Shown here: piece by piece, positions 29,050-38,516 of the stretch | How positions within the stretch are numbered: the stretch's first letter is position 1 | How the letters are laid out: each line of letters starts with the position of its first letter | Assembly: GCA_028715115.1 (NCBI GenBank) | Contig: JAQUSN010000002.1 | Location: forward strand, 132,944-196,943 | Direction: 5' to 3' | DNA from: Patescibacteria group bacterium | Lineage (GTDB): Bacteria > Patescibacteriota > Patescibacteriia > UBA2591 > UBA4787 | Length of the DNA stretch: 64,000 nucleotides | Notes under the pieces: generated by a model | The model's database searches: none | Told to the model about the DNA's origin: nothing | Seen by the model: the letters and a program-made list of their open reading frames with translations, nothing else | Translations under genes and position numbers: made by a program

Positions 29050-29193
29050 TAAATAAAGGGGACGGAATCCTCCGCAGCTTCCAATTATTTAGTTCTGTTA
29101 TATAGGTTTGTTAATAAATTAAATAATTTATAATAATTTATACGCGATGCGCAGGAGGGTGAAGCCGTCAATAATATTGTCTAATTAGTATAT

Positions 29194-30813
29194 ATGCATA
29201 TCAATATTTTATTGCCTTTAGTCGGTTTAGCCCTGTTCCTTTATGGTCTGATTCACTTAAATTCATTGGTTCAGAAATTTTTTAGCGTTCGGGTCAGGGA
29301 TTATATCCGCCAGAGCGTCAGGCGGCCGTTTTCCGGAATTTTAGTCGGTTTAGTTTCGGCGGTTTTGGCGCAAAGCAGTTCAGCTTCGAATGTTTTGACT
29401 ATTGGCATGGTCAGTGCCGGACTGATAACTTTTTATCAATCTATCGGTATTTTGCTTGGCGCCGGCCTTGGCGGTACGATTAACGCCCAACTTATTGCTT
29501 TAAATTTTACGGCTATCGCGCCGCTTTTTATTATCATTGGTTTTTTACTATTGTTATTCACCCACGGCAAGAAAAAAGTTTTAGGCCAAATGGTTTTTCA
29601 TTTTGGCTTATTGTTTTTTGGTTTAAGTCTGATTGAAGCCAGTGGCGAATTATTTAAACATAGCCTGTTTTTAACCGAATTGCTGACCTCGGCGCAAACG
29701 CCGCTCATCGGTATTTTAATCGGTATTTTAGCCTCGATTGTTTTTCAAGCCAGCGCCATTCCGATCGGTCTGATGGTGATTTTTGCCGGACAGGGGATTG
29801 TGGGAATCGAGAGTGCCTTGCCCATTGTCTTGGGCGCTTGTTTGGGCACGACGATTGACATTGCCGAAATTATGGCAACCCTAACTGCCAAACGCGGCGG
29901 CCAGCGCGTGGCTCTGGCAAATTTTTTATTCCGCTTGGTCGGCCTGATAGTTCTTCTGCCGTTTTTGGGGAAATTCATCGAACTATTGAAAATAATTTAC
30001 ATTCAGCCGGCTTATCAGATCGCCTTGGGGAATATTTTATTTGCCTTGTTCACCGCCATTGTCGGTTTGATTTTACTAAAGCCGCTCACGTATTTAATTA
30101 AAAAAATAATTCCGGGCGAAGAAAAAAGCGTTTCCTTTTGGCCAGAGTATCTGGACAGCCGCCATATCAGCCAGCCGAAATTAGCCCTAGAAGGCACTAT
30201 TAAAGAATTGACGCGCATGACCGAAATTACAAGAAGCATGTATCAGGAAGCCGCGGGTTTGAATTTTAAATACAAGCCGGCTAATTTCCGCAGCGTAGAA
30301 TATTTGGAAATGGTCGTTGATAATTTACAAAAAGAAATTTTAATTTATCTTGATAAGATTTCCGAACAAAAAATGCCTCAGGAAGAATCTTCGCGCTTAT
30401 TGTATTATTCTATCATTGTCGACGACGTGGAACGTATTGCTGACTTATCGTTAAACATTGCCAAGCTCAGCCGTTATCAGAAAAAATATAAGCTTTGTCT
30501 GTCGCCGGAGGCTAATAATGAGTTGCAAAAATTTATGTCTTTGACGCTCAGTAACATCGATTACGCGGTTTCGCTTTTTGACAATCCCGGTTCAGAGACC
30601 ATTGAACACATTAAGGCCGTGGAGCAGGAGACAGATCATCTCTACAAACAATATCGCCAAAATCATTTTGCCAGATTTTTTGCCGGCACTTGCAGCGCCG
30701 AAGCCGGTCCGATCTTCATCGGCCTGTTGTCTAATCTGGAAAGAATCTCCGATCATTGTAAAAATATTGCCGACTATTGGCAAGAATTAAAAGAAAATTA
30801 TCTTCGCGCTTAA
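29194..30813 (+). CDS. Na/Pi cotransporter family protein with PhoU-like C-terminal domains
   Basis: QSSSA repeat in TM region; DVERIAD and NLERISDH. Confidence 0.88.
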   Translation: MHINILLPLVGLALFLYGLIHLNSLVQKFFSVRVRDYIRQSVRRPFSGILVGLVSAVLAQSSSASNVLTIGMVSAGLITFYQSIGILLGAGLGGTINAQLIALNFTAIAPLFIIIGFLLLLFTHGKKKVLGQMVFHFGLLFFGLSLIEASGELFKHSLFLTELLTSAQTPLIGILIGILASIVFQASAIPIGLMVIFAGQGIVGIESALPIVLGACLGTTIDIAEIMATLTAKRGGQRVALANFLFRLVGLIVLLPFLGKFIELLKIIYIQPAYQIALGNILFALFTAIVGLILLKPLTYLIKKIIPGEEKSVSFWPEYLDSRHISQPKLALEGTIKELTRMTEITRSMYQEAAGLNFKYKPANFRSVEYLEMVVDNLQKEILIYLDKISEQKMPQEESSRLLYYSIIVDDVERIADLSLNIAKLSRYQKKYKLCLSPEANNELQKFMSLTLSNIDYAVSLFDNPGSETIEHIKAVEQETDHLYKQYRQNHFARFFAGTCSAEAGPIFIGLLSNLERISDHCKNIADYWQELKENYLRA

Positions 30814-30814
30814 T

Positions 30815-31654
30815 ATGGTAAAACGCTTTGAGGAAAAAAGATCTCCTGTTGCCGCCCGGTTTCATCAGCCGAAAAAAAGTTGCTTTCCTTGGATTTTCTG
30901 GCCGCTGGTCGGCTTGGTTATTATTTTCGCCATCTTTATTGCGCAAAATAAATATCTTTATATCACTACGGTCAGTGTCAAATATTTGCCGGCTAACGCT
31001 AAATACCGTCTGACCGACCAGGCGCAGATTACTAAACAGTTAAACGATTACATTAATCAGCCTTGGCTGAATTATTTCAAAAAAGATACGCCGTTGACTT
31101 TTTCGACTCAATACATTCTTAGCCATTTTGCCAAGGATGGGCGATTCGCCAGTACGAAAATCATCTGGCGTTTTCCGCATAAAATAGAACTCGCCTTGTA
31201 CGAAAAAGTCCCGGTGGCGATTTTGTCTGTTTCCGGCGACAAGGATTATTGGTTGGATAAAAACGGGGAGATCATTGCTCCGGCTACTAAACCGCTGACT
31301 GATTTGACTAATAATAACCAACCCGTGGTTTTGCCTATAATATATGACGAAACTAGCTCCAGTTATGGCTCAAAAGGCCTTTCAGATGCGCTTAAAATGG
31401 CTTTAGGCGTGTTTTCGGAGCTGAATGGGGTCAAATACCGTTTGGCGGTAAAAGACCTGAAAATAAGCGAAAATAGCGGTTATTTCCTGGGTGAAAGCAT
31501 GGCTGTTCCTGGTTTTAAAATCCTATGGCTATTGGACCAAAAGGAGATTAATTATGAAGTCGCCCGATTGAAAATTCTAATGGATAACAAATTTGCCAGC
31601 AGTAATCCGGAGTACGTTGACCTACGTTTCGGCGAAAAAGTTTATTATAAATAA
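30815..31654 (+). CDS. FtsQ/DivIB-like cell division protein
   Basis: N-terminal TM, RFPHKIEL..EKVPVA, C-terminal YVDLRFGEKVYYK. Confidence 0.7.
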   Translation: MVKRFEEKRSPVAARFHQPKKSCFPWIFWPLVGLVIIFAIFIAQNKYLYITTVSVKYLPANAKYRLTDQAQITKQLNDYINQPWLNYFKKDTPLTFSTQYILSHFAKDGRFASTKIIWRFPHKIELALYEKVPVAILSVSGDKDYWLDKNGEIIAPATKPLTDLTNNNQPVVLPIIYDETSSSYGSKGLSDALKMALGVFSELNGVKYRLAVKDLKISENSGYFLGESMAVPGFKILWLLDQKEINYEVARLKILMDNKFASSNPEYVDLRFGEKVYYK

Positions 31655-31693
31655 TTATGAAAAAACTAATTAAAACTTTCTAATTTAATCGTT

Positions 31694-32143
31694 ATGAAAA
31701 AAACAATTTTCGTCGGTTTAATCATTCTGACTACGACCGTGTTGGTTGGCGCTGGCTGTAGCAATAGCAATCAAAAAGCCGGTGACCTGGCCAATACTTT
31801 GCCAGCTCAAACTAATGATAATCAGCCAGTTGTTTGCCAAGATCCGCCTTGTCTGGTGCAATATTTTCTTCGGTGTCAGCCGGCAACCTTAAGCATGAAT
31901 CTGGGCGAAGGAGTAACTTATGTAATTAAGGTTTTAGGATTAGAAGATGGTAAGTGTCATTGGCAAAGCACGATAACTTCTGGTCAAACCCCGTCATCAG
32001 AAACTAATGATTGTTATTATCCCTTAGCCGATATGACTACTGATACGATCGATCATCTTTTCGGTGCTGACAAAGTCGCGGGGAAAGAAGCGGTTTTGCA
32101 AGCGCAAAACAATTTATTCCAAGCCAACTGCACCGCTAAATAA
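31694..32143 (+). CDS. Hypothetical lipoprotein
   Basis: LVGAGC lipobox; several Cys. Confidence 0.75.
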   Translation: MKKTIFVGLIILTTTVLVGAGCSNSNQKAGDLANTLPAQTNDNQPVVCQDPPCLVQYFLRCQPATLSMNLGEGVTYVIKVLGLEDGKCHWQSTITSGQTPSSETNDCYYPLADMTTDTIDHLFGADKVAGKEAVLQAQNNLFQANCTAK

Positions 32144-32179
32144 TTTTGTACTTAGTATTTCATATTTTATATATTCTTT

Positions 32180-32920
32180 GTGCTTATTCTCTACGCTTTT
32201 CTTTCGGCTCTTATTGTCAGCTTGATTTCGCTAATCGGCGTTTTTACTTTGAGTATAAAAAAAGAAGCACTGAATAAAATCGTTCACGTCTTGGTCGCTT
32301 TTGCCGTGGGCGGACTATTCGGCGACGCGATAATTCATTTGATCCCCGAAGCTTTTAAAACAAACCCCAACAGCTTATCAGTTTCATTACTAATTCTGTT
32401 GGGTATTTTTATTTTTTTCGGAATGGAGAAAATTTTGCGCTGGCGGCATTGCCACGAGAGTGATTGTCCCGAGCATCACCACTTGGCCACTATGAACTTA
32501 GTAGGCGATGCAGTGCATAATTTTATCGACGGTTTGATTATCGGCGTCAGTTTTATGGTCAGCTTACCGCTCGGCTTGGCAACTACCGTGGCAGTTGTTT
32601 TGCATGAAATTCCCCAGGAGGTGGCTGATTTTGGCGTACTGATTTATGCCGGCGTGCCGGTTAAAAAAGCCTTGGGTTATAATTTTTTGTCAGCCTTGTT
32701 GGCAGTTTTGGGGGTGGCCATGGCGGCCTTAGTCGGTAAATATGTGACGAACTTTTCTGATTTATTGATTCCAATTACTGCCGGCGGTTTTATCTATATT
32801 GCTGGTTCGGATCTGATCCCTGAACTTCACCATCAAACCCAAATATCGCATTTTCTAAAGCAATTAATCTTTATTTTGCTAGGCCTCGGCATTATGGTGC
32901 TTTTATTATTTTTAGGGTAA
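32180..32920 (+). CDS. ZIP family metal transporter
   Basis: HNFIDG, HEIPQE, His-rich loop. Confidence 0.92.
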   Translation: MLILYAFLSALIVSLISLIGVFTLSIKKEALNKIVHVLVAFAVGGLFGDAIIHLIPEAFKTNPNSLSVSLLILLGIFIFFGMEKILRWRHCHESDCPEHHHLATMNLVGDAVHNFIDGLIIGVSFMVSLPLGLATTVAVVLHEIPQEVADFGVLIYAGVPVKKALGYNFLSALLAVLGVAMAALVGKYVTNFSDLLIPITAGGFIYIAGSDLIPELHHQTQISHFLKQLIFILLGLGIMVLLLFLG

Positions 32921-33006
32921 AATATAGACAAAAGTTAATATCAGGCGTTTTATTCGTGTTTTTGATAACAAGATTAGTATAATTATGAAATACTAATATT
33001 TAAATC

Positions 33007-33870
33007 ATGAATAATTTAAATCAAAATTTATATTCTCGTTTCGGACGGACAATTGATCTTGATAAAGTCCAGAATGGTTTTAAATTATGCGTTAAGAATG
33101 CGGCGCTTGAATATATAACGCCACTTTCCTATCTTAATGAAACAGATGAATTAATAGACATAAAAAATCAGACACTTAAAGAATTATGCCGACAAATGTT
33201 CGCAGATCAGGACAAATACAACAGCGTTTACGGACTCGAGTATTTTATAAAATCTCAACTTTATGACAGCATGGATCCTTTTCAAGAATCTCTTTTAAAA
33301 TTACAAATATTTTTGAATATTATTTTCCGTAATAATTCTAATAAATTATTACTCCATGAATTTAATCAATTTATTATAGAATTAGAAAAATATATTAGCG
33401 ACTTTCCAATTTTAGGAATAATGATTAAAAAATATAAATTAAAATCACCGCAGATTTTGCCCACTACCTCAAAAATATTCAAACAAAATATAAAAAATAC
33501 CTTAGGACTTTTAGAATTAAATGATAAATATAAGCATATACTTTCTTCTTTTGAAGATGGTTTAAAAGAATTTTTATCTGCCAAAACAATAGAAAAGTAT
33601 AAAAATGTTGTTGAAGACATGTATTCGGCTCTTGATGAGTTAGCAAAAGTTATATTTGATGATAAAAATAAGGGCTTTAAACATTTATTAAATAAAGAAA
33701 ATATAAAGTTATTCAGTTGTGGTTTTCAAAAAGAAATATATAACAATCTTCGTAAATGGATGGATCTTATTAAACATGGAACAAAAAAGGATCTTAATAA
33801 AAATGATATTGAGATAATCATTGATATGACGGGCAATTTAATTAGATTTATGATTTTAAAAATAAAATAA
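33007..33870 (+). CDS. Hypothetical protein, possible Abi/HEPN-like C-terminal domain
   Basis: Very AT-rich; helical C-terminus ending LIKHG; beside Shedu-like gene. Confidence 0.55.
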   Translation: MNNLNQNLYSRFGRTIDLDKVQNGFKLCVKNAALEYITPLSYLNETDELIDIKNQTLKELCRQMFADQDKYNSVYGLEYFIKSQLYDSMDPFQESLLKLQIFLNIIFRNNSNKLLLHEFNQFIIELEKYISDFPILGIMIKKYKLKSPQILPTTSKIFKQNIKNTLGLLELNDKYKHILSSFEDGLKEFLSAKTIEKYKNVVEDMYSALDELAKVIFDDKNKGFKHLLNKENIKLFSCGFQKEIYNNLRKWMDLIKHGTKKDLNKNDIEIIIDMTGNLIRFMILKIK

Positions 33871-33921
33871 TATTTAAATTTTATACCTAAAAAACATATT
33901 TAAATAATATAAAAAAGATTT

Positions 33922-35058
33922 ATGATAATTTCGGAACTAAAGGAAATATTTGGTTGGTCAACAGAAAGAGATGATTTTATTATCGGAAAAGATAGTTTTT
34001 CAGACCTGCAAATAAATTCGACACCATTTGAGCAATTTTATTATTTTTTTCATCAAAAAGACAGAAGACTAATAAAGCAATTTGTTCTTAACAAGGGTAA
34101 GCGAGTAGACCATATATGCAGAGTGGATCTTATAAAAAAAGATAGTAAATTTGCACCCCGATTATCATTTTCCATCCGCGATAAAGCAAGAAAAATAACA
34201 GAGCAAGAGGAGGCAGAAAAAACTAATATAAAAGCTAACGTTAGTTTATGTGATTGTTCTAATAATTTTTGGAAATTGATTTCTTTTCTTAAAACATTGC
34301 AGGACATAGAAATTCCAGAAGACAAATTCTCTCTTGTGTCTCAAAAAGAAGAAGAAATTGTATCTGCCCTGCATAATCGAGGATCAGGTAGTGTTTTAAA
34401 TATTATTAAACAACTTTCACAATCACCAGATATTTCCTTAACACAAGAAGATGTTAATTCTCTCTTAAAGAGAAGAGAGAAATTAATTAATTTCGAAGAG
34501 GCTCTAAAAAAATATCAAAGTGATGAAGGATGGTGGCAAAATTTTTTTGAACAAAATAAATGGATTTTTGGTTATGGTTTAAACTATGAAATTCTGAAGA
34601 ACCAACAATCACAGCCACATTATGGAGGCGATAAAGTTGATGGATCTGGCGGTCAGCGGGGCGACAACCTTATGTCTACAACTGGCGATTTAAATTTTAC
34701 AGTTTTGGTTGAGATAAAAACTCCAGCCACCAAGCTTTTACAGGGAGTGCAAGAAATTAGAAATGGTGCGTGGAGCTTGTCTAAAGATCTAACCGATGCT
34801 TTGTCTCAAATACTAGCGAACATTCAAACATGGGATAAATGTGGATCAGAGCAACCAGCGAATAGGGATAAACTCGAGAAAGATTCAGTTTTTACTATTA
34901 AACCAAAGGGCATTATTGTTATTGGCGCGCTGGGTCAGCTTGATGATAGAAATAAAAGAGAAACATTTCAACGTTTTAGAAAATCGGTTCACGGAATCGA
35001 TATTATTACTTTTGACGAATTATTTGAAAGAGCTCAATTTATTGTTCAAAGTGATTAG
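33922..35058 (+). CDS. Shedu-type (SduA/DUF4263) anti-phage nuclease
   Basis: E..WQNFFEQNKWIFG, D-x-VEIKTP, ALSQ, PKGIIVIG, IITFDEL. Confidence 0.82.
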   Translation: MIISELKEIFGWSTERDDFIIGKDSFSDLQINSTPFEQFYYFFHQKDRRLIKQFVLNKGKRVDHICRVDLIKKDSKFAPRLSFSIRDKARKITEQEEAEKTNIKANVSLCDCSNNFWKLISFLKTLQDIEIPEDKFSLVSQKEEEIVSALHNRGSGSVLNIIKQLSQSPDISLTQEDVNSLLKRREKLINFEEALKKYQSDEGWWQNFFEQNKWIFGYGLNYEILKNQQSQPHYGGDKVDGSGGQRGDNLMSTTGDLNFTVLVEIKTPATKLLQGVQEIRNGAWSLSKDLTDALSQILANIQTWDKCGSEQPANRDKLEKDSVFTIKPKGIIVIGALGQLDDRNKRETFQRFRKSVHGIDIITFDELFERAQFIVQSD

Positions 35059-35066
35059 GGTTTTAA

Positions 35067-35627
35067 ATGTCATATTTAATGAAAAAATTAGGAGAAATAA
35101 AAATTGCGTGGTTGGTACTGTGGACTTGTTCTGGTCAAAACGAAGATGAATGTTTAAGAAAAGTAGGTATTTATGAAAAAGTTGCGGATATAATTAGTGC
35201 GAGGAAAGATTTTGACCAAATTATTGAAATTGCAAAAGATATTTATAAGCAAAAGATGCTCTCATTTTCAAAGAGGATTTATCTTTCTAATTATTCACTG
35301 GGGAATAAACGTAAGAAAGAATTTTTTAGCACAGAAGTTCCGGTTTTTACGCACTATCAATCTGATGTTTATAGAACTTTAATGAAATTAATTCAAGAAA
35401 AAGGGATTAAAAATAAAAAAGCAGAAAAGATGTCTGAAAGATGGAGTAGACATCCTCAATTCATAACGGTCGGACATAATCCATGCCTCGAAATAACTAA
35501 AGTGTTCAATTTATCTGTTTCTGAAGATAAAAATGGTGAGGAATTTTTAGAATGGGATCGTCTATTAGCAAGTGGTAATTTTAAGAGAGAAGAATATAGG
35601 CGCAAAAAAATAAATTATGGCCAATAA
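35067..35627 (+). CDS. Hypothetical protein
   Basis: 186-aa ORF tightly linked to flanking genes. Confidence 0.7.
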   Translation: MSYLMKKLGEIKIAWLVLWTCSGQNEDECLRKVGIYEKVADIISARKDFDQIIEIAKDIYKQKMLSFSKRIYLSNYSLGNKRKKEFFSTEVPVFTHYQSDVYRTLMKLIQEKGIKNKKAEKMSERWSRHPQFITVGHNPCLEITKVFNLSVSEDKNGEEFLEWDRLLASGNFKREEYRRKKINYGQ

Positions 35628-36246
35628 ATATTTAAAGAGAAAGATTAGAAATTATGAAATATATAAAACAATGCTTATATCTATTTTGATGTGTTTGTCT
35701 TTTTTTACTGGCGAATATGTTTATTCTAAAAAATTTTTTGGTGATATTATAGTAAACATTATAGTGGGGCTGGTTCTTGGTATCATTGGTGCAATTTTGA
35801 CTATTATTTTTGAGAATTACATGATTAGTCAGGCTCGTTATAGAAAAGGGCTTGAATTGGAATCACAGGTAGAAGATAAATTAAAAAGACTAAGAATTAA
35901 ATATGAACCCCACCTAGAAGATGGTCACGGTGATTTGGATTTTTTACTTAGTGGAAATAATAATTTTTATGGGATAGAAGTTAAAAATCAATCAGGCCTT
36001 ATAAGATTTGAAAATAATAATCTTATGATTTCTAATTTTAAGAATACCTATATTTTAAAGAACTTATTAAAACACTGTAAACTAATTAGAGATATAAAAT
36101 TTGGAGATAGTTCAGATAGATTCATTAAACCCATACTCATTTTTGGTTATAAAGCTGTTGTTGATATCCCACAAAATAAGATCAAGTTCAATAATGTAGA
36201 AATTATAGTTGCCACTATTAATGATTTTGAGCGCTATATTATTTAG
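35617..36246 (+). CDS. Two-TM protein with NERD-like PD-(D/E)XK nuclease domain
   Basis: GLELESQV, GDLDFLL, GIEVKN. Confidence 0.72.
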   Translation: MANKYLKRKIRNYEIYKTMLISILMCLSFFTGEYVYSKKFFGDIIVNIIVGLVLGIIGAILTIIFENYMISQARYRKGLELESQVEDKLKRLRIKYEPHLEDGHGDLDFLLSGNNNFYGIEVKNQSGLIRFENNNLMISNFKNTYILKNLLKHCKLIRDIKFGDSSDRFIKPILIFGYKAVVDIPQNKIKFNNVEIIVATINDFERYII

Positions 36247-36267
36247 TTGTTATTAAAATTCGGCAGC

Positions 36268-36304
36268 GATTTTGCGTCCGCCTCCGCCCGTATTCTCAAT
36301 ACTC
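36268..36304 (+). repeat. Direct repeat, left of GNAT gene
   Basis: gattttgcgtccgcctccgcccgtattctcaatactc. Confidence 0.65.
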
Positions 36305-36336
36305 TGACTTTGAATAAATTAAAATAAATAAATAAA

Positions 36337-36882
36337 ATGATAAAAATAAAACGGGGAAGACAATTATCTAAAGAATTTATAAAGCAATGGAACACCGCTG
36401 TTGACAGAGAATTTGAATGTAATGAGTTTTTAGATCCACAAAAAAGAAATAGTTTTTCAAAAGATATTTTTTTCATACTTACTGAAAAGAAAAAGATAAA
36501 ATCAATAGCAAGAATAAAGGAATATTCTGTTATTTTTGAAGAAAAACGATATAAAGTCTTGGGCATTACGGATATGGTTTCTTTAAAAAAGGGTCATGGT
36601 TATGGGATAAAATTAGTTAAATCCATGATTAGATATATTAAAAAAACTAAAAAAACGGAAATAAGTTTCTGTCATCCAAAAAATACTAATTTTTATAAAA
36701 AAGGCGGATTTATAATTATAAAAAATGCAGTTAAACAGTTTTATTACAAAGATAAATCAGGTAAGGTTATAAAAAATAATTGGGATAAAGATCTCCTTTG
36801 TATAAATGGAACAGATAATCTAATAAATAAAATTAAATCTTATCCCAAACAAAAGATACAAATGTCAACCAAATTTTTCTGA
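36337..36882 (+). CDS. GNAT family N-acetyltransferase
   Basis: KKGHGYGIKLV and FYKKGGF acetyl-CoA motifs. Confidence 0.8.
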   Translation: MIKIKRGRQLSKEFIKQWNTAVDREFECNEFLDPQKRNSFSKDIFFILTEKKKIKSIARIKEYSVIFEEKRYKVLGITDMVSLKKGHGYGIKLVKSMIRYIKKTKKTEISFCHPKNTNFYKKGGFIIIKNAVKQFYYKDKSGKVIKNNWDKDLLCINGTDNLINKIKSYPKQKIQMSTKFF

Positions 36883-36916
36883 TTTTGCCGCCGCCTCCGC
36901 CCGCATCTTAACCCTC
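36881..36916 (+). repeat. Direct repeat, right of GNAT gene
   Basis: gattttgccgccgcctccgcccgcatcttaaccctc. Confidence 0.65.
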
Positions 36917-36943
36917 CTCACTAAACCAACTTTAAATTAGTTT

Positions 36944-37450
36944 ATGCTATTCAATATTTTATTTACCGTTATTGTTGGCTCGTTGCTCCATTTTACTTTT
37001 AATTTTGCCCACCAGGCCAAGATCGTCGGTTTGTTTTCGGCGGTCAACGAAAGTAGTTGGGAGCATTTGAAACTGGCAGTCATGCCCATGGCGCTCATTG
37101 CTTTATGGTGGGCGATTAACGGTAAGCGGAGGCCGAATAATTTTTGGCTATCGCGGGCCGTGGCCATGTATCTAGCGCCGATTTTAATCTTATTGATTTT
37201 TTACGATTACACAGCTATTTTAGGTAAGAATTATTTGCCTTTAGACATCAGCACGTTTATCCTGGCCGTTATTCTTGCTGAATTAGTCGCCAGATGGATT
37301 ACCAAAAAGCCAGAATTTTCCCGGCGCTATAATCCAATTTTTCAAGCCGCCATCATCCTTCTCGTAGCCATTTTCATAGTCTTTACCTTTTATCCGCCGC
37401 AAAATATTCTTTTCCTTGACCCCATCACCCTCACCTATGGTCTAAAATAA
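36944..37450 (+). CDS. Membrane protein (DUF6512-like)
   Basis: GSLLHF, FSAVNESSWEHLKL, FTFYPP..LFLDP..YG. Confidence 0.75.
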   Translation: MLFNILFTVIVGSLLHFTFNFAHQAKIVGLFSAVNESSWEHLKLAVMPMALIALWWAINGKRRPNNFWLSRAVAMYLAPILILLIFYDYTAILGKNYLPLDISTFILAVILAELVARWITKKPEFSRRYNPIFQAAIILLVAIFIVFTFYPPQNILFLDPITLTYGLK

Positions 37451-37516
37451 CATTCTAACATTCTCCCTAATTCGCATAAGACGGCGAACGGGCGAAGCGA
37501 AAGAATGTTAGAATGT
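37450..37516. repeat. 67-bp element with 15-bp perfect inverted repeats
   Basis: acattctaacattct ... agaatgttagaatgt. Confidence 0.7.
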
Positions 37517-37533
37517 CTAAAACATAAATATTT

Positions 37534-37860
37534 ATGGTTAAAAACAAATCAATTGATATAAAAAAAATGCAGAAAATAGTTGATAATTGGGTGAAGACAA
37601 ATACCCAGGGATATTGGAAACCAAATAACATGATGTTAAGATTAATGGAAGAAATTGGTGAGCTTTCCAGAGCTATTAATCATAAATTTGGCGAAAAGAA
37701 AAAGAAATCTCAAGAAATCGATCAAGAAATTAGCCTGGAAATAGCCGATGTTCTTTTTGCCATAACTTGCATTGCTAATTCTTTGAATATAGATCTGACA
37801 GAAGCCTTTAAACGTATGATAGAAAAATATGAAAAGCGAGATAAATATCGCCATCGCTAA
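37534..37860 (+). CDS. MazG-like nucleotide pyrophosphohydrolase (YpjD-like)
   Basis: RLMEEIGELSRAINHKFGEKKKK, EIADVLF, ANSLNIDL. Confidence 0.88.
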   Translation: MVKNKSIDIKKMQKIVDNWVKTNTQGYWKPNNMMLRLMEEIGELSRAINHKFGEKKKKSQEIDQEISLEIADVLFAITCIANSLNIDLTEAFKRMIEKYEKRDKYRHR

Positions 37861-37877
37861 ATATTTTTTAATAATTT

Positions 37878-38516
37878 ATGAAACAAAAAGTTGTCGTATT
37901 TTCTCCACATCCTGATGATGACCTGATTGGATGCGGCGGCAGCTTGATTAATCACCTAAAAGAAGGGGCTGATGTTTTGGTCGTATATTTAACCTCCGGG
38001 GAATTAGGAACATTAGGCTATATCCCAAAAAAATTAGCTAAAATAAGAGAAACAGAAGCTAGAAGTGCTGCTAAAATTATCGGCCTTAAAAAATTGATTT
38101 TTTTAAGACAACCGGACAGCTGCTTAAAATTTACTAAAAAATTATTAGCCAAGGTTGTAAAAATTATTTCCCATGAAAAACCAAACATAATATATATACC
38201 TCACGCAAAAGAAAACAACGCAGATCATGTGGCTACATATAAAATAGTTAAATCGGCAGTTAAAAATGTTTTAACAAAAAAGGGCAATCGTATTGCCCCT
38301 ATTATTTTAGAATATGAAATTTGGACCACCCTACAGAATTATAACTATATCGAAGATATAAGCAGATCAATGAATCTTAAAATTTTAGCGCTTAAAAAAC
38401 ACAAGACTCAACTTATTTCTAAAAATTATGCCGAAGCGGCTAAAAATTTAGCGCGATATAGAGGAATTATGACCGGCAAAGGCAATTATGTAGAAGTATT
38501 TAAAATGATAAATTAA
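37878..38516 (+). CDS. PIG-L family deacetylase
   Basis: SPHPDDDLIGCGG, LTSGE, RETEA, DH. Confidence 0.9.
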   Translation: MKQKVVVFSPHPDDDLIGCGGSLINHLKEGADVLVVYLTSGELGTLGYIPKKLAKIRETEARSAAKIIGLKKLIFLRQPDSCLKFTKKLLAKVVKIISHEKPNIIYIPHAKENNADHVATYKIVKSAVKNVLTKKGNRIAPIILEYEIWTTLQNYNYIEDISRSMNLKILALKKHKTQLISKNYAEAAKNLARYRGIMTGKGNYVEVFKMIN

